NCBI GenBank assembly: GCA_012295275.1
Contig: CM022665.1
Location: 13,950,001-14,014,000, forward strand
Direction: 5' to 3'
Source: Chrysomallon squamiferum
Taxonomy: Eukaryota; Animalia; Mollusca
Length of the DNA: 64,000 nucleotides
Below, one piece after another: positions 39,101-51,937 of the stretch. Position 1 is the first letter of the stretch. Every line of letters begins with the position of its first letter. The position numbers and the translations under genes are program-made. A model generated the notes under the pieces. The model saw nothing but the letters and a program-made list of their open reading frames with translations. It was not told the DNA's origin and searched no databases.

Positions 39101-42100
39101 AATTGTATTTATTTATTTATATTTCAGCATATCAAGTAAAACAAAGTTTCTTATTGACACACTATATAAAAAGAGTCTAATGGTGAAATCTGTTACTTCT
39201 GTCAGTGATCATGACAGTAAAGAAACAACAACTGAGGTATCTGTTTGTCATTGTTTGTTACTTGTTACAAGTTTGTCATTGTTTGTTATACACATGGTGG
39301 TTTCATTTTTAACAAAGATGCAACAAAATAGCATGAAATGATGCAGAAAGAGATATCAAACTGATGAAGCTTCCCTTCTAAAATGTAGATAATTACATGT
39401 TGTCTGTCAAATATAAAGAGCCTGCCTAGTGGAGTCTATTTGTATGTATTTCATTTCACTACAGTTACATTTAGATTTGTAATAATTGGATTCTCAAGAT
39501 AATAAGGCAACTGTTTTTTAACATACTGATTTGGTTAGGTTTTTTTTCACTTTTTCCTTTTGAAAACTGTAGAATTTAAAAAGATTCAGTTATTATTTCG
39601 AAGAATTATTTTTCATTATTTAATACTTTTGTTTTGTTTGTTTTTATCAGACTGTTTCTTCAACAAAGCCAGAAACTACAACAAGTTTTGACAAAGATTT
39701 TAATTTAGATACTGATGACATCGGTTTATTTAAACATAACATTGATTTTTCCTCACTTCAAACTGCAATTGCCTCAGCAAAGACTAAACTTCAGGACTTC
39801 TTCATTTTAATGAACCCTGGTGTTCTGAAATCACACCTACAGGATTGGGTGATTGAACTTCATAAAACAATGCAGCTTTTGCAAGAAGAAAATGACAAAC
39901 AAAGAAGAAATCTAATGGAACAGAGAAAAAGAAATTGGTTGAAGCTGAAGTCTGAACAGTTAGTATATGGAAATGAAGAAGAAAGTGAGGGCTTAGAAAA
40001 TAATATAAAAGTAATCCATTCATCTAGTCAGAAAATAACTGAAGAAAATCAGTGTCAGGTTGACCAGTCTCTTTCAGATACAGTCAGCCAATCATCAGAA
40101 CAACATGCCACTTCCTTTGCATACAGTGAGCAATACAAATCTGTGTCTCAAAGTAGTGATAAAGAGAATACTGAAATAAAGTTTAATTTTAACAGCAGTG
40201 TGGACAATTGTATGAATTCAGATTTAAATATCTCTGTTTTCCAGAATTTGGAAACGGATGTGTTAGCACCAGAAGATGATTTATCTGCAAATGATTGGTC
40301 AGAAGTGTGTCACGTCACAATTCCTTTCATTATTCCAAAGCAGTTAGAAGCAGATATATCAGAGTTGGCAAATTTGTGTTTTGAAATAGGTTGTCATGGA
40401 AATGTAATAAAATTTGTTTCTAATAAAACTGCTTATTCTGAGTCAGTTAAACAGAAAGTTCAGAAGACTGATAGTATTGAAAACAATTGTGTAGAAAATA
40501 GTCATCAAAATTCCTACATGTGTCATGTGACTGGATTTGATGAAGAATGTTCTTTTGACAGGGAAATGGCTCAGTTTGTGAAATGTTATTTTCACTTTTT
40601 GGATTTTCATAGAATGAAGCAAGCATTACAAGCCTGGCCTAAAAATCTGTTTGACACATGGTCAGCTCTTGTGAGCTGTTCTCAAGGTACATGAGATTCA
40701 GTTTGCTATGAAATAAAACATTTTGATTTATTTATTCATACAGCATACTGAAACTCCCCTACAGTAGTAATGAACACTTTCAAATTGTCAGTATTTCAAA
40801 TAGAAAAATATTTTTGTTAAAGAAATCATTAAAAAAAAAAACATTAATATTCTAAATATTAATAAACATAATTTTATGGTATTTACTCTATATTTGAACT
40901 GTTGTGGAAGAAAAGAGAAATAATGCAAGTAATATTTAAGAGTTTATACATAATCATCCAATTTTTAAAATTAATGCCGACTTTTTCTAGTATCAGTTTT
41001 TAAACAATATATTTTAATTCATTTGGTACACTGAATGGGCCTATATTTGTTGAGCAAAGACAAGTAAATAAAAATAAAAACAAAAATTGTAGTTATTTCA
41101 GTTTTTAGAAAAGAAAGAAACTGGATTTTCTCAATGATTTTTAATTACAAAAAGATGTAGAATAACACAAATGGTTCTTTATTGTTTGTCACTGGTTCAT
41201 ATAAATTTACAGATCTATTTTGCAACAATTATTCTTAATACAATATCTGTAATGTATCATGTTTTCTGGTTGCAGAAATTGGGAAAAATGATCAGATTGC
41301 TGCCAAATTGGAGAACAAGGATGTACAGGGTGTTACAGATCTCTTTCGATCTGGAATCATATCAAAGGAACAGGCTTTTTTGGGACATTTTTCAAGGTAT
41401 TTGAAGCATCTTGAAAAATATTTATGTATATAAACAGTGTATACTAAGAAGTTATATCAGGTGATCAGGATTCATTTTCTCTGTTTCATATTTTTTTCAT
41501 TTTTTATTTTTTAAATATAATTTATAACTTTTTTTTTTTTTCACTATCTCTTTCTTTCTCTCACTCCCTTTTTCTCTCTCACTGTCATTATCCTTTACTT
41601 TGACTCCAGTTCCATGTACAATAGTTTGCATTACCCAAATATACCCATGTATTTTTAAAACCTTGTTCATTCACTGGATGTATTTGTACAGATTATTCAG
41701 TATTAATGCATCACATGCAGTAGAGTTTGCCTGTGAGATGTCAAAACAAGTATCCTGTCAGGACATCTACAACTTGTGTAGGATGTACAACAAACCTGTT
41801 GAACAGCTCCTTTCCAAATATGTCATCCAGCGACTTGGTGAAATATCATCATCTCTTGAGTGAGTTTAATAATATTCAGAATGTTCAAAAATGCCTTCTG
41901 AAGTTTCATTTCATTTTCACTTTTAAATTTAACAAAACAAAAATTCTATTTATTCACTAGATAAAAAATTTCTCCTGGAAATATGTGCAATACTATAATG
42001 TGGAGGTTCAGTAAACTAAATTTCTGTCAGTTTTTTTTTTTTGTTCTATAAATTATAAAAAGAAATTCAAATGGAAACTGCATTCTGGATGTCAGCCAGT

Positions 42101-44543
42101 CAAAGTTACTGAGTTAAAAATCAAATAAACTGAAGAGACAAACATATTTCTACCAAGATTAAATATTAGATAAATAGATTTGTTTAAATATATAAATACA
42201 GATTGTCAGAGAGACATTCAGAAAACTCTAAGAAATGATTCTGCTACTTTCAGACTGCATGTTATTAAAGAAGTGTGCCCTGTATCATGGCTACAGATTA
42301 TAACTTTAGACAGTTTGCTCAGTGATGCAACCCAAGATAAAATGGAGGAGGTTGATGATAAGCCAAGGTTGGTTTTTAAGAAGCATATATATATTTTTTT
42401 TAATATTTATTGTCACAATGAATCCTTTGTACATTATTTTTTAATTACTGTCTGTAAATTTGTGTGGATAGTTGTGTCCAGTGATATTCCATATATAGAA
42501 ATTTTGTTAATTATATATAGAAAGAAATCTTCCTGATATGTGAAAAATAAAAAATAAAAAATATATTACAATAAATAATGTTGTATGTGAGAAAATGTAT
42601 TATAATCTAAAGTGGATTGAGATTTAAGAACAGTTTAATTAACACTTAAGTATTAATATTTAAGAATAAATATAATTAAAAACAAAAATGTAGGATTCAT
42701 CTGAGTTATGTCTGAGTTGCAAGATCAGTGTTGTAATGGGTACTTATTAAACTTCTGGTAATTTAGCTAGTGTATCAGAAGCTATGATTTGTTATTCAGT
42801 CAGTTAAAAGTCTACTGTATCAAATACTGCTTTCGGTTAATCTCAGCCAGTAACTGATACTACCACCTGAAAAATATTAATGATTGACATCTAATAACCT
42901 TTATAATTTAGGTATTGTTGAAGAAATGTTTATTCATTCAGAAATCAAACAATAAATCTTATAAACTAAGTGATTGTTATGGAAAGTTCATGACAGATGA
43001 GTGTATTCACCATTTGTATTGGAATTTTACATATCCATCAGCCCAGGAAGTCACCTGATCATAATGGCCAATGAGACTGTCATTGAAAGTGTCCTTGACC
43101 TTTGTATTGACCCTATGGAGGAAGATGCTTTGGGCTGCTGTAAACAACATCGGTAACATTAAAAGAAACAAATTGTGTGCGTGTGTGCGTGTGTGTGTGT
43201 GTGTGTGTGATTTATTGACAAATTTTGTTTGTTTATATGAAGGCTTTAAACAAAACACAAATATGTACACTGACACATTATACATGTATTAACATACATC
43301 AAACATACCATTCTTCCTTACTTTGACTGCAGTTTGAAACTCATTTGTTTCAAAGTTAATAAAAAAATTAGTTTAATATTTTGTCAACATATTACCTGGC
43401 TTGTTGTTACAAATATTATTATTATTCAGATACTGGAAGGGCTGTTTAAAGGTACTGAAGAAGAAAAATGACTGGAAGGAAATGCTGTGGTTGATAGTTC
43501 AGCTTGGTGACATTTCTTTACTAGACAACAAACTACAATTTGGTGAATGAATATATATATATATATATATATGTAACATTTTATTAAAAAATTAATTTAT
43601 GGAATATCCTTACATGATATCTGAGAATGAGTGAGAAGTATTTATTTTTGGATAATTTAATACTGACAGTGCCTGCACAGCTTACAATAATGGTGCTCTA
43701 TCAAATAAAGGATTATGATGATGGATGAAATTACAAAATTTTAGAATATAACAGAATTTCACTGAATCACTATTTTGAATTGTATTGGAAATAGTATAAA
43801 AGACAATTACTTGCAGAGATGTGTGTATATGTGTACCTGTGTATATATAAATATAAACGTGTGTGTGTGTGTTTAGTTTTTAGTTTTTCAAAAATATCTA
43901 AAGATAAATACGTTTTCTGCAGTTAAATGGATTCTTGAATAATTTATACAGATGTATAAAATCAGTTTTGTTAAATTGTTTGTCTATTTTTTAATTCATT
44001 TTCAAATAAATAAAATTGAATAATTATCTCTAACATATTCACAATAATTGTGAGAGTTTGTTATATTGTCTTACTTCAGGCTATGCACCTAAGTCCACTG
44101 ACCAATGGCATTATTTCCTATGGAAGTTTTCAGAAACACAATCACATCAGTGTAAAAAGCAGTCTGATTGGTCAGTGTCATTGACATGGCAGAGTATTTG
44201 TGAGCTGATGGTAAAGAAACTGGGACCTGTTGCTGCTGTCTCATTGTTAGAAAAGCTTGATATTCCACAGACAGATTTATCTCCTCATTTCTACCAGATG
44301 TGTATTATGGAATCTAAGATTCAGCAAAGACAAAAGTAAAAATAACAATTTTTTAATATAATTTATTATTATCTTTTTTTTTCTTTTCTTTTTTTCATGT
44401 TGTTATTGTTATTGACGGTGGTTGTTGTTGTTGTTAAAGTAAAAGCCTTCTTAATATTTCTTTTTATTTAAAAGAAATATAAAACCTGTATTTTTAAAAA
44501 CTGCACTGTGTTGTTATGATTTGGTTGAATTAACATTAGTTTA

Positions 44544-44578
<35 letters not shown>

Positions 44579-46573
44579 CTCTTTAGACTTGTACTTCACA
44601 ACATGCTGGAGAAGATTGATACTTACCTGTGGGCAAAACGGTCACCTCATATGGCACCTCAGGTTTTATTTAATAACAGTGATGTAAATCTGTGTGTGTG
44701 TGTATGTCTGTGCATGCGTGTGTGTCTGTGTCTGTGTGCATACATGTGTGTGCATATATTTGAAAATCAAATAGCCTGTAATGTAACTGAGTATCTCCTC
44801 TCTCATACTGTCAGTACAAATAAAAGTGCTTATTAACATATAGTAACAATTAACTTAAAAAATGTGTTGAGGTATGATTATGCTGACTTCCAGGATATTT
44901 CCAGTAACATTCTGAATGTTGTTAAATCTAATAATTTTAATTTTTTAATTTTTCTTTTCACTTTAGTTGCTATATGCTGTGACTGAAGAGAAAAAGAGTC
45001 AGTCTACTGGAGATGACAGTTATCAAGAACTTGTAAATAATTTTATAAATTATTCTATATAAGAAATCAGAATTTAGTTTTGCAGTTTTTTCCATTTTAA
45101 ACATCTGAGTATATAATAAAGTTACAAGTGTAGATCAGAGGAATGTGACTAAAACCAGTTTTTACTAGATACATAATGTTTAACTGTTTCTTCTCTTTAC
45201 CAAAATATTCAGTATAAACTTACTAACGTCACTAGAGTTAGCACAGAGTCTAAACTATGGTTATATACAATTGTTTAAAATAGCATTCAGGATACAATCA
45301 GAAATACTAAATGCTAAAAGAACAAACTTATATCCTGAAACGTTTGAGATTATTTCTATTGCATATGTTATTACTGTTACTAGTTTATTAAACTGATTAT
45401 TAACTGTAATTTTAGTTTAGACAACTTTCTGGCAAAGAGAACCATCAACAGACCATAGAAGATTCAGAAAGTCACTGGGGTATAGTTGCAGATGTTAACA
45501 GGTACAAATTAAGATTTTTTATTTTTATTTTTGATTTATTATTTTTGATTTATTTATTTATATATTTTGATTTATTATATTATAATATATTGTATTGTAT
45601 TACATTGGATTGGACTGGATTATATTTCATTTCATTACAATTTATTCTTCATTTTTTTTTTTTTAATTTGCCTTTAAAAAAAATAATAATAATAATAATA
45701 AAAAATAAAAAAACATCATTTTTTTTTGCTTTTTTATACAAACATAAAAATCATTTGCTTTGTTACAAAAAAAATAATATTAATTTTTTTATTTATAATA
45801 AATTAGTGGAGTCTAACATTAATAAAATGTTTGTATCAAACAATTAAAGAAAACTAGTTAAAAATATTGTCTGTTGTTGTTTTCAGCTGCTGTTGTAGCT
45901 GTAGTTTGAAACTTACAGAAACTGTGTCTCTAGCTGTACCTGGTGTGCTGGTTTTTCCATGTGGTATGTTTTCTTGTTTGTTCAGGGTTTTTTGTGGGTT
46001 TTTTGTTAATTATTTTGGAAATTAACTATATAAACAAAATATGCCCGTTAGGTGGCACCATGTGGAGGGTTTTTTATGTTAAATTTATTATTATTTTTTT
46101 TTTTTTATATATTCTGCATGGTGTTTGTAGTCTTTATTAAATATTATGTTTGGGGTTATATGTAATCTCTCAGAATGTATTAAAGTCTTGTAAATAAATG
46201 AAGTATAATAATTTAGATCAAAAATGGTAAATAATCTATTGATGACTACTACTGGTTGTTGGTATAAATGCTTAACATAGCACACACAGTGTTATATATG
46301 ATTTATGCATGAACATACCAAAAAAGAGAAATGAATTTTCATGCATTTGTATGCATACATATAGTCAGATCAGTATACTGATAGATAAATAGATATGTTT
46401 CAGTTTCATTCTTTATAATAATTCAAATGTGTGAAACCTGCTGCACATGCCACTTAATAAAATGACAAAAATATATATTTTTTTCTTTTCTAATATTGTG
46501 TGATCTTATTTCAGCTCATGCATTCCACAAGTTTTGCATTCCACAGAAAATGTGTCTGCTTTGTTTGGATTAA
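30616..46573 (+). CDS. HPS5: Hermansky-Pudlak syndrome 5 protein (BLOC-2 subunit) homolog, 28 exons, ~1900 aa, with C-terminal RING-H2
   Basis: Exons 30616-30708, 30890-31003, 31462-31526, 31974-32157, 32419-32549, 32955-32987, 33188-33278, 33650-33732, 34149-34229, 34421-34509, 34800-36641, 37027-37149, 37574-37627, 38172-38328, 38577-38750, 39128-39236, 39651-40686, 41276-41396, 41692-41859, 42254-42367, 43042-43152, 43430-43542, 44080-44335, 44587-44662, 44967-45032, 45416-45501, 45887-45963, 46515-46573 (TAA). Phases are consistent. HPS5 motifs: [94 protein letters not shown]. The donor at 36641 and some mid-gene boundaries are less certain. Confidence 0.93.
33025..33135. repeat. Compound trinucleotide microsatellite (ATC/ATT/GTT)
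   Basis: Directly visible; it produces the spurious poly-I/Y/C ORF 32972-33256. Confidence 0.9.
35260..35860 (+). repeat. Coding degenerate tandem repeat of ~17 aa (51 nt) in the giant HPS5 exon 11
   Basis: [17 protein letters not shown] / [17 protein letters not shown] / [17 protein letters not shown] / [17 protein letters not shown] ... [17 protein letters not shown] ... [17 protein letters not shown] / [17 protein letters not shown] / [12 protein letters not shown]. Confidence 0.75.
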
Positions 46574-47789
46574 CAAGACCATCTGTGATTACATATTGTG
46601 ATACACATGGGATAATACAAATAAATAGTCTAATAAAATTCCCTATACTTCCATGTAGTTGTTTCAGTGTTTTTGGTGACCTACCATCACTCATAACAAA
46701 ATATGATAATAAAATAATATTGTTATAATACCCCATTACAACTAGAATTACGAGATCCTCATGTACACAATGGACTAACAGCTGAATTTGTTCTACATAA
46801 AGTAGAAAGAACTAGAACAAATCAGTCTTCTCTGTAGGTGATGACATAACTTCAGAAAAATGGTTCTGCCTGGTTATTTTTTAACTGTAGTTTTTTGTTA
46901 TAGTTTGTTATTAATTTTGGGCAGCAAAAAACAAATAAAACGTAACTTGTTACAGTTAGTATGCAGAATATATTTAGACTATTTTTCAAAATCATCAAAG
47001 GTACATTTTGAACTACTGACTAGAATTCAAAGTGAACCTGATACTGATTTGTTAAACTTACATGAAAGAAAAGCAGGTGTTACTTAAATTAAGTGCAGTA
47101 TGTTGGTATAAATTTACCATATATAATTATTAGTGCTGTATTGTAAACTAAATAAAATAGTATACATGCAGTAGTACATAATATGAATAATTAAATTAAT
47201 TATTATTTATGAAATGCCATTAATGATTACAAAGCATGTGGTTTTTGATTGATATTAAGATGATTGTCCTTTAGACCCATCATAGCTTACAAAATAAAAA
47301 GAAACAATTTAATAAATATTTTTTGAAAATGAATGCATAAAAATTATTAAATTATTGTGTAATGCTTTTTATATAAATTCCTGCTTCTGTGAATGATGAT
47401 GGCAACAACCTGTTTCTGCAGATAATATTTATTTGCTTTCCACCGTGATACATTTTGTCCCCAAGCTATATAAAATCCAGTTAAGCTGTGACCTCATATA
47501 TCTTTATTAAACTTTGATTTCCAATATTATATATCATCATGAATTATAGATATTGTTTTAACTATATACATTTTTGAAAATTGTGTAAAAGATTTCTTTA
47601 TTTATAAATTTCTTTCTTTTCCATATATTTTTATTATTTTTTTATATTTATTTTTAATATGGTTTTTGAAGTCTTTTTAGATATAATTATTCTATGCAAA
47701 TTTATTCAGTGATTAAATTTGACTTTTATCTTATCTTTAATCATTCATTTGTAATGAAGTGCCATTTTTATGCAGGTTGATTATTGCTG

Positions 47790-47795
47790 AATAAA
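47790..47795 (+). terminator. Candidate HPS5 polyadenylation signal, facing a - strand AATAAA at 47840-47845 (SLC25A22)
   Basis: AATAAA followed by a GT-rich tract (gtttggtttc...gtttgtttt). Strand composition flips here. Confidence 0.35.
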
Positions 47796-50256
47796 AATGA
47801 AATAACAAGTTTGGTTTCATTATAGTTTGTTTTCCAATCTTTATTTTAAAAAGAAAAACATTAGAATTTTTATCTCTGTAGATCAGAAAGGAAATAAATC
47901 AGAAAATGTGGTTTTGTACATGTTTGACTGTTAAAATAATCTTTAAGAACCATTAGCAGGTGGTGGGATTTTGTTTACGTTATATATATATATTTTTTTT
48001 TCTTTCAAAAAAAAGAAAGAAATTTTTTTTTAATTTCAAAAGTAGTTGGCACCAAAACTGTAAAGTACTTTAATATTTGGCCAGTCATTGATGATAAAGG
48101 TCAAGTATTGGCATATTAATTTTATTTACACATGTAGCAGCATATATGGCTTATCACAGAAAAGAATAGGAAGAAAAAAGCAGGTTCCATCCCTTCAATA
48201 AATAAAATGATAACCAAGAAGATACTTATCACCTATATTAAAATAAAACAACAAGTTTTTGTTTGTATAATTATTTTATTTCAAATGATGAACAGAATGA
48301 ATGCTCTGATTATAAATTTTTCATATTATTTGTTTTGTTTTTTTTGTTTTGTTTTTTTCACAAAATGATTTCAAAATGTGAACAAGATTAAAAAGATAAC
48401 TAGCACCAATATCTCCTAAATCTGGACATTGTTTTTTTATCTTTACTTGAAGAATTTAAAATTAACTATATCATGCAGAACAGTATACTGGTTAATAACA
48501 ATATTATATATAATGAGATGGTCCAGCCACCATCAGTGAAGAAAATGAAAAAAAATCAACATTTCTGTTACAAATTCCTGTTGTGAAGTAAGTTAATTAA
48601 AATTAACATAAAAACACCAGAAAACCATCACAAATATTATATGAACACACTTTTATATTGAACAGTTTGATCATTACTTATGTAAACTACATCATATATG
48701 AAGTAAAAAATTCAGAACTTTCTGGTAACAAACACATCTAAGAGGATGCTTAAGTTACAAAACAAAACTGTACAACAAACTGGTTAGAGCAATACTTAAA
48801 AAAGCCCCTATCAAATTGCTAATAAGTAGACTGCCATTTGGTGTTTAAGAAAAAGCTATTAAAGTGCATAAATTCTGACAAAGCACTAACATAATTATGT
48901 ATAAAAGAACAGTGCTTAAATGCAAATTGGTTTTACACATTATCTGCCATTTAAAACTATTCTAGAAATTATATTTAACAAGATACAGCTCTTATTAAAA
49001 AAATATGATAGTAATGAAAGTGTAACCAAAATCAATTAAAAAATAGTAAATTCATCTGTAAAAACAAAATTAGAAACATCTAGACAACAATACATATGTA
49101 AGGATTATGCAATTAGCTAAAGATGTATTACAAACAGCACTAATATCATAACTGTTGAGGTTTGGGCTGGGGGTTTTGGGTTTTGGGGTTTTTGAGTGGG
49201 TTTTTTTCAGTTTCATGTTTCTAGAAGAGTGATTTAATTTAAGTATACCAATGGTCATGGGAATTTACCATGAAAGTAAACTTACTAAATCAACAACTAA
49301 GTTGGCATCTTTCAGTCTGTCATTTACATTTTCTAAGTACAACGTGCCATGACAAATGAATAAAAGGGGGAAATGGCAAAATTAATAAGTATTTTATTAC
49401 TATAATACTTCATTATTAGCAAAAGTTGGTTATCAAGTCCATGACACCACAAGTTTCCTCAGGGTTTTTTTCTTTTCATTTTTTTAAATTACTGTTATAT
49501 TTTAATATACTTGTTTGTAGATGAAAGTACACAAAAAGTTCACACCACCAATTACATGTTAATGTATTAAAACTGTATAAGAAACAGATTCACATGTTAC
49601 ATGTTTACTTATCCACAGTAATTAGCAGGGTATCAGATGATATGATGTAAATATATAACAAAAACAAAACAAAAAAGACTTCAAAACACCTACCTAGAAA
49701 AGATTAAAGGTTTTAAACATGGTTTAAATTAGTGTTTGCTTTTGTAAACTAAATCAAATATACATATATAGTCTTAAACATTTTCTGTGATTATTTTAAT
49801 TACAAATGTAAAAGTAAAATAACACAGTGATAACAATTGTAAACAAAACACCGGATATATAAAACAAGGAATATATATTTATTTCTGCAATGTGAACCAT
49901 CACTATCCCTGTTACGCCATGTCAGGACGTCAGGGAATTTAAACTCAGCCTTTGAGCTGCCAGAACAAAAACAAATTATTCCCACTATGACATCACTCTT
50001 CCTAGATGCAAAACACAATTTAATTAGTAGATTTAAATTGTATTATGTTTCTACACAGTGTGTGATTGCAAGCACCAACAGATCCTGCAAAACTTCCATC
50101 TCAAAATCCTACATCTATTCCTTATTATACTAAAATAGGTATGCCACATATTTAGAATGGGCAAAATGGCTAAAAATAAAACAAATGTTTAATTTTTTTT
50201 TTTTAACAACATAACCATTAGGAAATAGTTTATATTTGATTTTTTTTTTTTCATTC

Positions 50257-50259
<3 letters not shown>

Positions 50260-50293
<34 letters not shown>

Positions 50294-50308
50294 CTTTATT
50301 TACTCACA

Positions 50309-50340
<32 letters not shown>
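50260..50340. repeat. (CA)n + (CT)n compound microsatellite
   Basis: Directly visible. Confidence 0.9.
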
Positions 50341-50343
<3 letters not shown>

Positions 50344-51460
50344 TCTCACAGTCACAATCATTATTGATTTGTATGAACTATCATGACATTTAACAAGTTA
50401 TGTTCTGATCTTCCAAAAAAACAAAATTAGTGACATGTATATTACAATCCACAGAAGAATATCAACTACATACTGTATACACTGTATACTTAACTTCATG
50501 TATTTGAGCTTTTTCAGAAAATCAATCTTTATATAAAATTAATTTTCAACAAAGCCCAATTTACATATCCTTACATTTGTGTGAACAGAAAACAGTTTGG
50601 GAAAGATTAACATTATATTTCCCAAATGTAGAACAAAATCTGTTTTACAAATTTAACAATAACTAAAATAAACTGAGCAATGGTATAAAATTTAAAAAAA
50701 AAAAAAAAAAAAATGGTATACAATATGTTTTAATAACATATCTGCCAGCAGTTGTCAATTTTACTAGCTTTTATAAAATTTACATGTAAAGCAAAACATT
50801 TTCATAATTTTTCTATTTTTTTTATTTTTTTTTTTTTTTAAAAATTATTATAATTTTAAGTAAAAAAAAATTTTTAAATAAATAAATTTATTTCAACAAA
50901 AGTCCCTTCTTATATTCCCTCCCTCTTACCAAAAATCATATTTTCATCCCATTAGCATATTCAAAGCCAGGAGTCAACAAAAGAAAACTATCAAAAATGA
51001 ATTAAAAATGACCAAGACAGCTAGTTTGTCTCCAATCACTGAAGATAGGAGTACAGAGATGCAGTGGCTACAAACAACCCTTCTGTGATGGTGCTGTTGT
51101 CACAAATAAAATAAAGCTCACCAGTTGTATACTTTATCTTGTTACATTCATTTATCAACGGTTCCCACAGAGAGACCAAGGTTGGCCTTAAAAGAATGGG
51201 GCTAGTTTTCTAAACATTATGTTAAAATGAAATAAGAGGGAAATCTTTTTTTTTTAAATCCTAAATCTATCAAAAATGCGATCTAATATATGTGCAAGTC
51301 TTTTCATTAAAATTCTGATCAACAATAGGGAAAAAAAGAGAAGTTATTTATAGATACGATTAAAATCTATGTACAAGGCAGATGTTGGTTTGACAGAATG
51401 TATTCTATTTACCCATGATATATACTCATTGTGCAAACATTTATATACACACAAACACAC

Positions 51461-51495
<35 letters not shown>

Positions 51496-51614
51496 CATGT
51501 GTGTATGTATCTATACATATATTCTATTTCTAAAAGTTATATATTTTAATAGTAAATGTTGATTAAAACATTAAACACCTTGAATATAATTAGACAAAAA
51601 CATTGAAATTTAAT

Positions 51615-51650
<36 letters not shown>

Positions 51651-51937
51651 AACTTTTCAAAATTTGTTTAGATCATTATTTTCCTTTAAAAAAAAATAAA
51701 CCAATTTTCAATATCTAATTTCTCATTCAGTAAAATATTATAAAATAATATGGTAAAAAATTTGTAAAAAAATTCACCTAAATGCAAAAACAATTTTAAA
51801 ATGTTCATTTTAAAATAAATATACCATAATGACCCCCAAAACGTGGCATATAAATATAAGCTGATCCATTTCCACTGTGATCTGCTGTTGATTTAATATG
51901 TTTTAAATACTTAAAAACATAGTATATCATTCTAAAA

